64,000 nt of DNA from Acidobacteriota bacterium (lineage in GTDB: Bacteria; Acidobacteriota; Vicinamibacteria; Vicinamibacterales; UBA2999): assembly GCA_016789705.1 (NCBI GenBank), contig JAEUQR010000158.1:6550-70549 (forward strand). The letters run 5' to 3'. The first letter of the stretch is position 1. Every line of letters starts with the position of its first letter. The notes beneath the pieces are model-generated. The model did not search any database, was not told the DNA's origin, and was given only the letters and a program-made list of their open reading frames with translations. Position numbers and translations under genes: made by a program. Shown piece after piece: positions 11,516-20,433 of the stretch.

Positions 11516-12184
11516 CTACTCCTTGTCGTCGCCGGTGTCGTCGACGCCGGTGTCGGCGTCGGCCTTCATGAAATCCGGCAGGGCGTCGTCGCCACCAGCG
11601 GCCGCTTCGTCGGAATCATCGAGGCTGTAGGCGCGGCCCGTGAACTTGGTCGGAATCGGTCCCTTCGGGCCCCGCTCCTTGGCGGCGAAGCCGGGCTTCG
11701 GCCCCTTCTTGCCCTTCGGTGGCGCCGGTGGTCCGAAATTGCGGGCGCGGGCGATGGCCGCTTCGGTGAGCGGCGGATCCCCGGGGTTCTGGCGGAACGC
11801 AGGACGCGGCGAGTAGCCGCCCTCTCCGGGCGGACGCGGCGTGAAGCCGCCGGGCCGTGGCGCGAAGCCGCCGCCGGGAGGCCTGGGCGCGAAACCGCCG
11901 CCCGGACGGGGCGGCCCACCGGGGCCGCGATCATCGCGGGCCCTCGCCTCGCTGACCGCGAGCGGCCGGCCCATGAAGAGCTGACCGTCGAAGCGCTTCA
12001 CGGCCTCTTCGGCGAGAGCGCGCTCGCCGTACTCGACGAAGGCGAAGCCGCGCGCGCGACCCGTCTCCCGGTCGAGCGGCCGCACGATCTGCGTGGGCGG
12101 TCCGACCTGGGCGAAGTGCGCGCGGATGTCGTCTTCGGTGGCGTTGTAGGGAAGGTTTCCGATGAACAGGCGAACGGCTGGCAC
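11516..12184 (-). CDS. RRM RNA-binding protein with low-complexity C-terminal tail
   Basis: RNP2 LFIGNL and RNP1 RGFAFVEY; GGF(A/T)PRP repeats. Confidence 0.92.
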   Translation of the reverse strand: MPAVRLFIGNLPYNATEDDIRAHFAQVGPPTQIVRPLDRETGRARGFAFVEYGERALAEEAVKRFDGQLFMGRPLAVSEARARDDRGPGGPPRPGGGFAPRPPGGGFAPRPGGFTPRPPGEGGYSPRPAFRQNPGDPPLTEAAIARARNFGPPAPPKGKKGPKPGFAAKERGPKGPIPTKFTGRAYSLDDSDEAAAGGDDALPDFMKADADTGVDDTGDDKE

Positions 12185-12245
12185 GGCTGGTTACTCTTGA
12201 GGTTCCGCTGGGCGGGAGAGCGTCAAACCTTTGGGGACGCGGCCG

Positions 12246-12274
12246 AGCATAGCAGGAAGGCCGCAGGTCTGCAA
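12246..12274 (-). promoter_or_regulatory. Putative sigma-70 promoter of the RRM gene
   Basis: TTGCAG-17 nt-TATGCT with extended -10 TG. Confidence 0.6.
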
Positions 12275-12296
12275 CGCACCCGGCGGCCCCGGCGGC

Positions 12297-12551
12297 TCAG
12301 GGGGCCTGGGGCGTCTTGAGGTCGGCCAACAGGGTTTCGAGGGCCGTCACCCGCTGGCGCAGCGCGTCGCGCTGGGCCGGGCGGCAGGCCGCCTGCAGCT
12401 GAGCCGTGGTATCGGCGAGCGCCAGCGCGACCGACTCGGCGCGCTGCTGCCGTTCGCGGGCCTCGGGTGACAGCGCCGGGCCGGCCGGCCGCCGGGCGCC
12501 GCGGTCTTCCTGCTGCGATTCGATGGCCTTGCTCTCCCAGCCGCGTGCCAC
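12297..12551 (-). CDS. Small coiled-coil hypothetical protein (MARGWESK type)
   Basis: 84 aa, helical, TGtTATGCT 6 nt upstream of GTG. Confidence 0.75.
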   Translation of the reverse strand: MARGWESKAIESQQEDRGARRPAGPALSPEARERQQRAESVALALADTTAQLQAACRPAQRDALRQRVTALETLLADLKTPQAP

Positions 12552-12768
12552 GTCTCCAGCATAACAGCCGCCGGCCGCCGGTTGCGCCGGCAGGCGCCGC
12601 GTCGTTACACTGCGGGCGTCCCTCGCGGGGGCCGCCTTCGGACGTAACCAGGCCCCCTACCTGCGCCGAGTGCTCGCCATGGCGCGGATGGAGGTTGTGC
12701 GAGCACACGCCGGGCGTGTGCGCCGCGCGGCCTTCCGCCGTCGTGTCGCGCCCGCCAGGGAGATCGAC

Positions 12769-13176
12769 ATGTCCGATACGATCCGCTTCACAGCCGTCAC
12801 CCCGAACCTCATCGTCCGCGACATCGCGCGCAGCACCACCTTCTACCGCGATGTGCTGGGCTTCACGATCAGGGAGACGGTGCCGCCCGCGGCGCCGTTC
12901 GTCTTCGTCTGGCTCGAACGCGACGGTGTCACCGTGTTCCTGAACGATCCGGCGTCGGTGGCGAAGGACATCCCGGCCTACGCCGCGCCGCAGTTCGGCG
13001 GCACGGCCACGCTCTTCGTCGTCGTCGAGGGCGTGGATGCGCTGCACGCCCAGATTGCGCCGCGCGTGCCGGTCGTCATGCCGCTCCACACCCAGCCCTA
13101 CGGGATGCGCGAGTTCGCCGTGCACGATCCCGACGGTCACCTCATCACGTTCGCCGAACGCGTGGCTGCCGCGTGA
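12769..13176 (+). CDS. VOC/glyoxalase family protein
   Basis: FYRDVLGF and QPYGMREFAVHDPDGHLITF motifs; GGGAG SD. Confidence 0.9.
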   Translation: MSDTIRFTAVTPNLIVRDIARSTTFYRDVLGFTIRETVPPAAPFVFVWLERDGVTVFLNDPASVAKDIPAYAAPQFGGTATLFVVVEGVDALHAQIAPRVPVVMPLHTQPYGMREFAVHDPDGHLITFAERVAAA

Positions 13177-13790
13177 CGCCGACGGCGACGTCCGCCCGCG
13201 CCGCGCTCGCCGAGGCCCGCCGTCTGCTGGCGGCGGGCCCGCCGGGGCCGGGCCTCGCACCACCGGGGGAGCCGGCTGGCTGGATCGTCGACAACGCGGA
13301 TCTGCTGCGGCCGGGGATGCGGGTGCTCGACGTCGCCGCCGGCAGCGGCCGTCACGCGCGGCTCTTCGCGGCGGCCGGCTGGCCCGTCACGGCCATCGAC
13401 CGCGATGCCGAACGCATGGCCACGCTCACGGCCGAAGCCGCGCGTCGCCACTGGCCGCTCACGACCGTCGTGCGTGACCTCGAAACCAGCACGGCCGACC
13501 TGGGCGAGGCGGCCTGGGACCTCATCGTCGTCACGCACTACCTGCACCGGCCTCTCATGCCGGTGCTCGTGCGTGCGCTCGCGCCCGGCGGGGTGCTGCT
13601 CTACGAAACCTTCACGACCGCGCAGGCGGCGCGCGGACGCCCGACGAACCCGGCGTTCCTGCTCCTGCCCGGCGAGCTGCCGCGCCTCGTCGCGCCGCTC
13701 GAGGTCGTGCGGCAGCGCGAAGGCGACGTGGAGGGACGGATGGTCGCGTCTGTGGCGGCCCGCCGGCCTAGCGCGCCGGAGCCGGCGTGA
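13173..13790 (+). CDS. Class I SAM-dependent methyltransferase (TehB-like)
   Basis: VLDVAAGSGRH motif I, YLHRPL, LAPGGVLLYETF; GTGA coupling to the VOC gene. Confidence 0.85.
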   Translation: MTPTATSARAALAEARRLLAAGPPGPGLAPPGEPAGWIVDNADLLRPGMRVLDVAAGSGRHARLFAAAGWPVTAIDRDAERMATLTAEAARRHWPLTTVVRDLETSTADLGEAAWDLIVVTHYLHRPLMPVLVRALAPGGVLLYETFTTAQAARGRPTNPAFLLLPGELPRLVAPLEVVRQREGDVEGRMVASVAARRPSAPEPA

Positions 13791-14130
13791 CGGTGGCCGC
13801 CGCCTCGTCGAACGCGCGCGACACTCTGGCCGCGGTGACGCCGGAGTGCGAGCTGTGCCAGACGGCCTTGCCGCGGGCCACGACGAACACCTGCGGCGAT
13901 TCGTGCCGCACGCCGAGCCGTTCGGCCACCGCCTGGGAGAGGTCGCGCGATCGCTGCACGACGATCTCGTGCACCGGCGCCGGCACACCGTCCTCGGCCA
14001 GCATCTCGCGCGCCATGAGACTCACGCCGCAGCTCTGGCTATGCTTGAAGAGGATGACGGGTGCGACCTCAGAGGCGCTCCAGACGGCGTCGAGATCGGC
14101 GGCGGAGGTGACGGGGCGGAACTGGCTCAC
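13768..14130 (-). CDS. ytxJ: Bacillithiol-system redox protein YtxJ/BrxC-like (monothiol thioredoxin fold)
   Basis: ILFKHSQSCGVS, RHESPQ, WHSSH; TAAAAT 6 nt upstream of GTG 14130. Confidence 0.85.
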   Translation of the reverse strand: MSQFRPVTSAADLDAVWSASEVAPVILFKHSQSCGVSLMAREMLAEDGVPAPVHEIVVQRSRDLSQAVAERLGVRHESPQVFVVARGKAVWHSSHSGVTAARVSRAFDEAAATVTPAPAR

Positions 14131-14731
14131 GACCACATTTTACCGTGCGGGCCTGGCCGCGGTCCTCTCGCTGGCGGCGAGCGTCGGCGTGGCGCGGGCG
14201 CAGGCAGCGGCGCCGGTCGTGCGCGGGGCGACCGAGTGGTCGGTGTCGGCCGGGGCGGCGCGCGGCATCACGTTCCTGCAGTCCGTGGGCGGCGAGCGGT
14301 ATCTCACGTCGCAGTTATCGTGGGGCCGCGTGCTGACTGACCTGCGCGGCCCCGCGTGGGTGCGCGGGCGTTTCGAGTGGGCCGTGGAAGTGGTGCCGGT
14401 GTTCGCCGAATGGTCGGCCGGCAAGGCGCGCGGTCTCGGGCTCACGCCGCTCGGCTGGCGCTGGAACTTCGAACCGCGCGGCCGTCTCGCGCCCTACCTC
14501 GAAGTCGGCGGCGGCGCGCTCTGGACGTCGGCGCCGATTCCGTCCGGTACGACCGGCAGCAACTTCACGGCGCACGCCGGCGTGGGGGTGCGCGTCTTCT
14601 CCGCGCACGGACAGGGTCTCGTCGTCGGCTACCGCCTGCATCACATCTCGAACGGCAACCGCCTGCGGCGGAATCCCGGTGTCAACGCGCACATGCTCAC
14701 TGTGGGCTGGACGCGCATGGGGACCCGCTGA
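14108..14731 (+). CDS. Acyloxyacyl hydrolase / PagL-like outer-membrane beta-barrel
   Basis: Signal-peptide-like segment, YRLHHISNG...NPGVN catalytic motif, terminal aromatic strand; start uncertain (GTG 14108 or CTG 14153). Confidence 0.8.
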   Translation: MTGRNWLTTTFYRAGLAAVLSLAASVGVARAQAAAPVVRGATEWSVSAGAARGITFLQSVGGERYLTSQLSWGRVLTDLRGPAWVRGRFEWAVEVVPVFAEWSAGKARGLGLTPLGWRWNFEPRGRLAPYLEVGGGALWTSAPIPSGTTGSNFTAHAGVGVRVFSAHGQGLVVGYRLHHISNGNRLRRNPGVNAHMLTVGWTRMGTR

Positions 14732-14733
14732 CC

Positions 14734-15519
14734 GTGCAGCTCGGCCTCCCGTTCCTGCCCGAGACACCCGCGGACGAGCCGCGCGAGGGGCCCCGCCCGT
14801 CGCCGCCCGTCAACGCGCGGTCCACCCCGGCCGCGAGTGCGCCGCCCGTGGAATCGGCGGCGCCGCCGGTGGCCGCCGAGGTGCGCTTCGTGCGGCGCCG
14901 CGGCGCCCGCCGCTACATCCTGCGCGTGCTCGACGATGGCACGCTGCGTGTCACGGTGCCGTGGTGGGGCAGCAAGCGCGAGGCGCGCGCCTTCGTCGAG
15001 TCGCAGCAGGCGTGGATCGCGGACCAGCGCGGCCGGCGTGCCGCGCGCGTGACGGCGCGCTGGGGCGTGGGCGCCGAGGTGCTCGTGGACGGTGTCGCGC
15101 ATCGTCTCGCGCTCGACGCGGCCGGCCGCCTGACGCTCGCCGGCGCCGTCGTGGCGGCGGGGGAGGAGCGGACGCTGAAGACCGCGGTACAGGCGTGGCT
15201 GCGGGCGCGGGCCGCCGCGACGCTGCCGGGGGAGCTCCTCGCGCTCGCCGCGCGGCACGAGATCGCGGTGACGCGCGTGTCGATCCGCAATCAGGCGTCG
15301 CGCTGGGGCTCGTGCTCCCGCCGCGGCACGATCTCGCTCAACTGGCGGCTCGTGCAGACGCCGCCCGCCGTGCGCGAGTACGTGCTGCTGCACGAGTTGA
15401 TGCATCGCCGCGAGCTCAATCACTCCGCGCGGTTCTGGCGGCACGTCGCCGCGGTGTGCCCGGGCTACGTCGAGGCCCGGCGCTGGCTGCGCGTCGACGG
15501 CGCGCAGCTCTTCGACTGA
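14734..15519 (+). CDS. M48/YgjP-like zinc metallopeptidase
   Basis: SRWGSCS, LNWRL, YVLLHELMH, NHSARFW. Confidence 0.88.
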   Translation: MQLGLPFLPETPADEPREGPRPSPPVNARSTPAASAPPVESAAPPVAAEVRFVRRRGARRYILRVLDDGTLRVTVPWWGSKREARAFVESQQAWIADQRGRRAARVTARWGVGAEVLVDGVAHRLALDAAGRLTLAGAVVAAGEERTLKTAVQAWLRARAAATLPGELLALAARHEIAVTRVSIRNQASRWGSCSRRGTISLNWRLVQTPPAVREYVLLHELMHRRELNHSARFWRHVAAVCPGYVEARRWLRVDGAQLFD

Positions 15520-15531
15520 CGCGGCCGTCCC

Positions 15532-16980
15532 TCAGCTCGGCCGCGCGCTGGACACGGGTGGCTTGGTGGCGAAGCCCTTGCGCGTCATCGCGCCCCAGTC
15601 CGACCGTCCGCGCATGTACTTCCACAGGCCACGCAACCGCCAGTAGACCGTCATCTGGCGGTAGCCGAGGTTCTCGGCCACGCTCCACCAGACGAGCCAC
15701 GCCAGGTCACGCGGCCGGCGGAAGCGCATGAAGGCCGCCTGATCGAGCAGGAGCGTCGCGACGCTCAGGATGAGTCCGATGCCGATGGCCAGCGCGAAGA
15801 AGAGCAGCGCAAAGGTCTGGTCGATGAGGCCGACGGCGAGCGAGCCGGCGAGTACGACGAGCCCCAGCGCTTCGACCACCGGGGCCAGCAGTTCGACCAG
15901 CACGAAGTACGGGAACACGATGAGGCCCATCGCGCCGAAGTGCGGGTTGCCGATGAGGCGCCGGTGCCGCCAGAGCGTATCGGTCAGGCCACGGTGCCAG
16001 CGATCGCGCTGGCGCCCGAGCACGCCCCACGATTCCGGCACTTCGGTCCACGCGGTCGGATCGGGCACGAAGATGACCTTGCTCGGCCCGCCCTGTTCGT
16101 AGCCGAGCCGCCGCAATCGCACGACCAGTTCCATGTCCTCGCCCACTGTGTCGTGCAGCCAGCCGCCGGCGGCGAGCATCGGCTCGCGCCGGAAGAGGCC
16201 GAACGCGCCCGAGATGATGAGGTTGCCGCCGAGGCGGTTGAGCCCCAGCCGCCCGAGCAGGAACGCCCGCAGATATTCGACCACCTGCACGCCCGCCAGC
16301 ATGTTGCGCGGCACGGTGACGTCGAGCACCTGGCCGTTCTTCGTGGGCACGGCGTTGACCGGACGGATGGTGCCGCCGGTGGCCACGACCTCGGGATCGA
16401 TGATCATCGGCCGCGCGAGCCGCACGAGCGCGCCGCGTTCGATGAGCGTGTCGGCGTCGATGGCGCAGACGAGCTCGCCGCTCGCCAGGTTGAGTCCGAC
16501 GTTGAGGGCGTCGGCCTTGCCGCCATTCAGTTTGTCGACCACAACGAGGTTGGCGTGGCGGACGGAGCGGTAGAGGGCCACCACGCCCTTCGTGTGCACG
16601 CGCGGCGCATAGGCGCGGTGTACCTCGACGAGCGAGAACTCCGCCTTGAGGACGTCGATCGTCTGGTCCTTGCAGCCGTCGGCGATGACCACCACTTCGA
16701 GGTTCGGGTAGTCGAGCGTCAGCAGCGACTGCACGCTGGCCGTGATCGTGGCTTCTTCGTTGTAGGCCGGCGCGAGGATGCTGATCGTCGGCGCGAGGCG
16801 CGAGCCGACGACGATGTGATCGTTGATGCCCACGGCCTCGTTGCGCGTGCGCCGCATCTCGAACACTGCCGCCACGAGTAGCCCGGTGTAGCAGACGTTG
16901 ATGAGCACGAAGTAGGCGAGGACGGCGGCCTCGACCGGTCCCATCAGGGCCTCGATGGCGGCGGCGAGCGTGTAGCTCAT
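15532..16980 (-). CDS. Processive GT2 glycosyltransferase (PgaC/IcaA-like polysaccharide synthase)
   Basis: PAYNEE, GGKADALN, DAD, GED, QRDRW motifs; N- and C-terminal TM helices. Confidence 0.92.
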   Translation of the reverse strand: MSYTLAAAIEALMGPVEAAVLAYFVLINVCYTGLLVAAVFEMRRTRNEAVGINDHIVVGSRLAPTISILAPAYNEEATITASVQSLLTLDYPNLEVVVIADGCKDQTIDVLKAEFSLVEVHRAYAPRVHTKGVVALYRSVRHANLVVVDKLNGGKADALNVGLNLASGELVCAIDADTLIERGALVRLARPMIIDPEVVATGGTIRPVNAVPTKNGQVLDVTVPRNMLAGVQVVEYLRAFLLGRLGLNRLGGNLIISGAFGLFRREPMLAAGGWLHDTVGEDMELVVRLRRLGYEQGGPSKVIFVPDPTAWTEVPESWGVLGRQRDRWHRGLTDTLWRHRRLIGNPHFGAMGLIVFPYFVLVELLAPVVEALGLVVLAGSLAVGLIDQTFALLFFALAIGIGLILSVATLLLDQAAFMRFRRPRDLAWLVWWSVAENLGYRQMTVYWRLRGLWKYMRGRSDWGAMTRKGFATKPPVSSARPS

Positions 16981-18023
16981 GCGGTGGCGCCGATCGCCGA
17001 GAGGTCGAGCGCGTAGCGTGCCACCGACGACGCCACCGGATCGTCCGAGTGGCGGAGCTGTCGCAGGAAGAGCGCGCCCGGCGCGCCGAAGGCCCGCAGG
17101 CAGAGGGCCGCCTGACGGCGCACGTCCCACACCGGGTCGTGCACGAGCTTCGCGACGCGCGACGCGGCCGGCCAGTGGGCGAGACCCCCGAGCGCGCGCA
17201 GGGCGGCCTGTCGCACGACTGCCGCGTCATCGTCGAGCGCGCGTTCGACGAGCGCCACGCCTTCGGCGCTGCCGAGGGCGCCGAGGAGCGCGATGGCGCG
17301 CGCCCGCACCGCCGGGCTCTCGGCCCGCGCCAGCGCGGTCGCCGGCGCGAGCAGCCGGGCATCGGCCATGGTCAGCGCCACTTCGAGCGCGCCGAGCGTG
17401 CCATCGTGGTCGGCGGTGGCAAGGTAGGCGATGAGCGGCGCCACGGCCGCGTGCCCGAGCTTCACGAGCGTGTCCTGCGCGGCGAAGCGGCAGCGGCCGT
17501 CGCGATCGCCGAGCATGCCGAGCAGCGCCTCGACCACCGCCGGCTCGGGACGATGGATGGCCCACTCGATGGCCTGGGCGCGCACCGACGGATTGCGATC
17601 GGTCAGGAGCGTCAGCACGACGGCGGCCGGATGGCCGACGAGCGTGCAGATCTTGGCGCCGAACAGGCGCCGCGACCAGAACCAGCTCCGGCACAGCCGC
17701 TCGGCCTTGGCGAGCAGGCCGGCGCGTTGCGCGAGGCGCCGCAGCGACTGGCGTTCGACGCCGGTCAGGTGCGGCGCCAGTTCGCCGAGCAGGTAGATCT
17801 GGAGGCGCATCGGCAGACGCACGAAGTCGCGCGTGAAGCCGGGATTCCGGTCGCCACCCGCGAGGGCCTCGCGCAGAGAGGCCCGCACGGCGTTGACGCG
17901 GACGGCGCTCCAGCGGTCGTACCACCACCACCAGGCGGCGTGAGCCACGAGCAGCAGCACGCCGACGACGAGCATCAGCGACTCGCTGAAGAGCACCATC
18001 CGGACGAGCGCGTCAGGCGACAC
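16977..18023 (-). CDS. Membrane-anchored HEAT-repeat protein
   Basis: N-terminal TM; repeated L..D....VR..A..AL units; overlaps the GT2 start by 4 bp. Confidence 0.85.
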   Translation of the reverse strand: MSPDALVRMVLFSESLMLVVGVLLLVAHAAWWWWYDRWSAVRVNAVRASLREALAGGDRNPGFTRDFVRLPMRLQIYLLGELAPHLTGVERQSLRRLAQRAGLLAKAERLCRSWFWSRRLFGAKICTLVGHPAAVVLTLLTDRNPSVRAQAIEWAIHRPEPAVVEALLGMLGDRDGRCRFAAQDTLVKLGHAAVAPLIAYLATADHDGTLGALEVALTMADARLLAPATALARAESPAVRARAIALLGALGSAEGVALVERALDDDAAVVRQAALRALGGLAHWPAASRVAKLVHDPVWDVRRQAALCLRAFGAPGALFLRQLRHSDDPVASSVARYALDLSAIGATA

Positions 18024-20280
18024 CCGGGCCTCCGCTGAGCGCCGACCGCAGGCGCCGCATGAGCACCGGCAGGCTGACCGGCTTGGTGATGTAGTCCACC
18101 GCGCCGAGCTCCATCGCCTTGATCATCTCGGCTTCGACCGACCGCGTCGTCACGACGACCGCCTTCGAGGTCTTGAGGACGCCGGCCTCGGCGAGCTGGC
18201 CGAGCAGCGTCAGGCCGTCGAGGCCCGGCAGGCCCAGCTCCAGCACGAGAAGCCGTGCCCGCACCGGCGCCTCGGGATGCGTCAGCAGGTCGAGGGCCTC
18301 GCGGCCGTCGCCGATCGTGCGCACGCGGTGGCCGCGCGTCTCGAGCGCGTGTTCGACGAGCGCCGCAAACGGCGCGTCGGCGTCGATGACGAGTGCGTCG
18401 GCCGTCCACTCGATGCGCGATGCTTCGCCACGGCTGGCCGCTTCGATACGGTTGCCGCCGTGCTGCTGCGCCGTCGCGAGCGCGCCTTCGGCGGCGCGCA
18501 GCAGCGTCGCGCCGTCCGGGCCATCGAGACGAATCTGCGCGATGCCGACGCTGAACGAGGCGCCGACAGTGATGTGGCCGGCGCCTTCCACGGCCTGTTC
18601 GCGAAAGCTTTCGAGCATCTCGGCCATGCGCTGCACGCCGTCCTCGGACTTCATGCCGAAGGCGGCCACGACGAAGCGGCCGGGGGCGGCATGGGCCACG
18701 AGATCTTCGGCGCGGAAGGCCCGGGCGAGCCGCCGGCCCAGCAGCTGCGACAGCCGTTCCACCGTGTCGTCGTCGCGCGCCGCGTGGTGCGCGCGAAGGC
18801 CGTCCACTTCGACGACCACGATCGCAAGCGCGTGGTTGTAGCGCCGCGCGATCGCCACCATGCGCTCGACGACCGGCACCACCGACCGCAGGTGAGGCAG
18901 CCGTGTCGCGGGATCGAGGTCGGCGGCGAGGCGCTGGGTACTGGCGCGGTCGAGTCGGTTGCGCACGGTCGCCGCGAGCAGCGATGGCACGGCGACGACC
19001 GGCAGCCAGTCGTCCACGCCGGCCGCGGCGACGCGCGCCCTCGTCGCATCGTCGCCGGCCGGTGTCACGAGCACGACGCTCGTCGGCGCGACGTCCCATT
19101 CGCGCCGCATGGCGCGCGGCAGGTGCAGCGCGGCGCCGCCCGCGCTCGCTTCGTCGAGCACACAGAGCTCGGGACGCGTCTGCGTCACCGCGTTCCACAC
19201 GGCTTCACCGTGGCCGTGCGCCTCGACGATGGTGCCGAGGCCCGCGAGCTGCCGGCGCGCCGTCTCGCGCAGGACGGGGTCGCTGATGCCGACCACGATC
19301 GTCGGCACGGCGGCCTGGCGGCGTCGCAGCAGGTCGATCGCCTCGTCCACGAGCGTCGCGGGTGCGATCGGCTTGGCGAGCGTCCGCGCGGCCGGCAGTC
19401 CGTGCGCTCCGGTGCGTTCGAGGAGCGACGGCCCGGAGGCGAGTGCGGCAAGCGCGGCGTCGGGATGCGCCGCGAGCAGGCGCGCGCGCGCCACACCGTC
19501 GGCGTCGCCGAGCACGTCCGGCCCGAGCACGATGACGGCGGCCTGGTCGTCGACGGGCTCGCCGAGATGCCGCACGACCTTGGCGCGCCAGCCGCGCACC
19601 GCGGCCTCGATCGGAAGCTCGCGCGCGAGGGCCTCGTCGTCGTCCACGACCAGCAGGTACGGCGCGGTCGGACGCCCGGCAGGCGAGAGGGCCTCGGGCG
19701 GCGGCAGACTGCGCAGTGACTTGTGCAGGGTCTCGACGATCTGCGAGAGACGGAGTGCATTGGCCGTGCCGAGCAGGGTGCCGGTGTCGAGCAGCCCGGC
19801 AGCTTCCCACGCGAGGCGCGCCGCTTCCCGCGCTTCGACGAGCCACAGGGACGTGGCGAGCTTGTGGGTTTCGCGCGCGGCCCGGCGCCGCGGACCGCTG
19901 TCGAGACGTCCTTCGAGCGCGGCGAGCGCGGCATCTTCGAGCGTCGTCGCGCGGGACGCGAGCGCCGACGTGTAGGCGAGCCACACGAGCGTGGACGAGG
20001 CGTCGTCCACGGCACGAGCGTCAGGCTCGGCGAGTGCGGCGTCGACACCGGGCGCGGCCGGCGGCGGCATCGTCGCCTCTGTCGGGGGCAGGGCCATCGC
20101 AGCTGGCGGCTGCGGGGCCTCGACCGCGAGTGTCGTCGGGGACGGCGCGACGGGGGCCTGCGCGGCGGGCACGGGGGCTGGACGTGCCTCGCCGGCGGCG
20201 TCCGCCTGCGGCGGGATCGCGGGCCGCGTCTTGGCGAAGCCAAGGCGAAACGGCAAGCGAACCTTCACGACGAGTCCCAT
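18013..20280 (-). CDS. Multidomain response regulator: Hpt-like + REC + REC + degenerate GGDEF + REC
   Basis: HKLATS Hpt-like motif, LLVVDDD and KP motifs, DPATRLPH, RAED-LVAHA-APGRF, SFSVGIA, GGNRI, C-terminal REC with DYITKP; AGGAG SD before ATG 20280. Confidence 0.85.
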   Translation of the reverse strand: MGLVVKVRLPFRLGFAKTRPAIPPQADAAGEARPAPVPAAQAPVAPSPTTLAVEAPQPPAAMALPPTEATMPPPAAPGVDAALAEPDARAVDDASSTLVWLAYTSALASRATTLEDAALAALEGRLDSGPRRRAARETHKLATSLWLVEAREAARLAWEAAGLLDTGTLLGTANALRLSQIVETLHKSLRSLPPPEALSPAGRPTAPYLLVVDDDEALARELPIEAAVRGWRAKVVRHLGEPVDDQAAVIVLGPDVLGDADGVARARLLAAHPDAALAALASGPSLLERTGAHGLPAARTLAKPIAPATLVDEAIDLLRRRQAAVPTIVVGISDPVLRETARRQLAGLGTIVEAHGHGEAVWNAVTQTRPELCVLDEASAGGAALHLPRAMRREWDVAPTSVVLVTPAGDDATRARVAAAGVDDWLPVVAVPSLLAATVRNRLDRASTQRLAADLDPATRLPHLRSVVPVVERMVAIARRYNHALAIVVVEVDGLRAHHAARDDDTVERLSQLLGRRLARAFRAEDLVAHAAPGRFVVAAFGMKSEDGVQRMAEMLESFREQAVEGAGHITVGASFSVGIAQIRLDGPDGATLLRAAEGALATAQQHGGNRIEAASRGEASRIEWTADALVIDADAPFAALVEHALETRGHRVRTIGDGREALDLLTHPEAPVRARLLVLELGLPGLDGLTLLGQLAEAGVLKTSKAVVVTTRSVEAEMIKAMELGAVDYITKPVSLPVLMRRLRSALSGGPGVA

Positions 20281-20433
20281 CCACTCCTGTTTCGGTCCCA
20301 GCCGGTCAGGCGGGTAGGTGCAACGGCGCGCGTTTCCGGCGTTTTGCACGAAGTTCGTGGCCGGACGCACCACGTCGGGCGGTTCAGAGAACGGGCCGCC
20401 TCGAGCCGTCGCGGACGGTGGTGCGACCGCGTG

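Noticed and set aside
18013-20280. Active diguanylate cyclase
   Set aside because: GG(D/E)EF signature is replaced by APGRF
20318-20349. GTGCAA...TTGCAC inverted repeat with GAAA upstream of the GGDEF operon as a c-di-GMP riboswitch
   Set aside because: Lacks the two-hairpin architecture and GACGCAAA-type junction of c-di-GMP-I; at most an operator or simple hairpin
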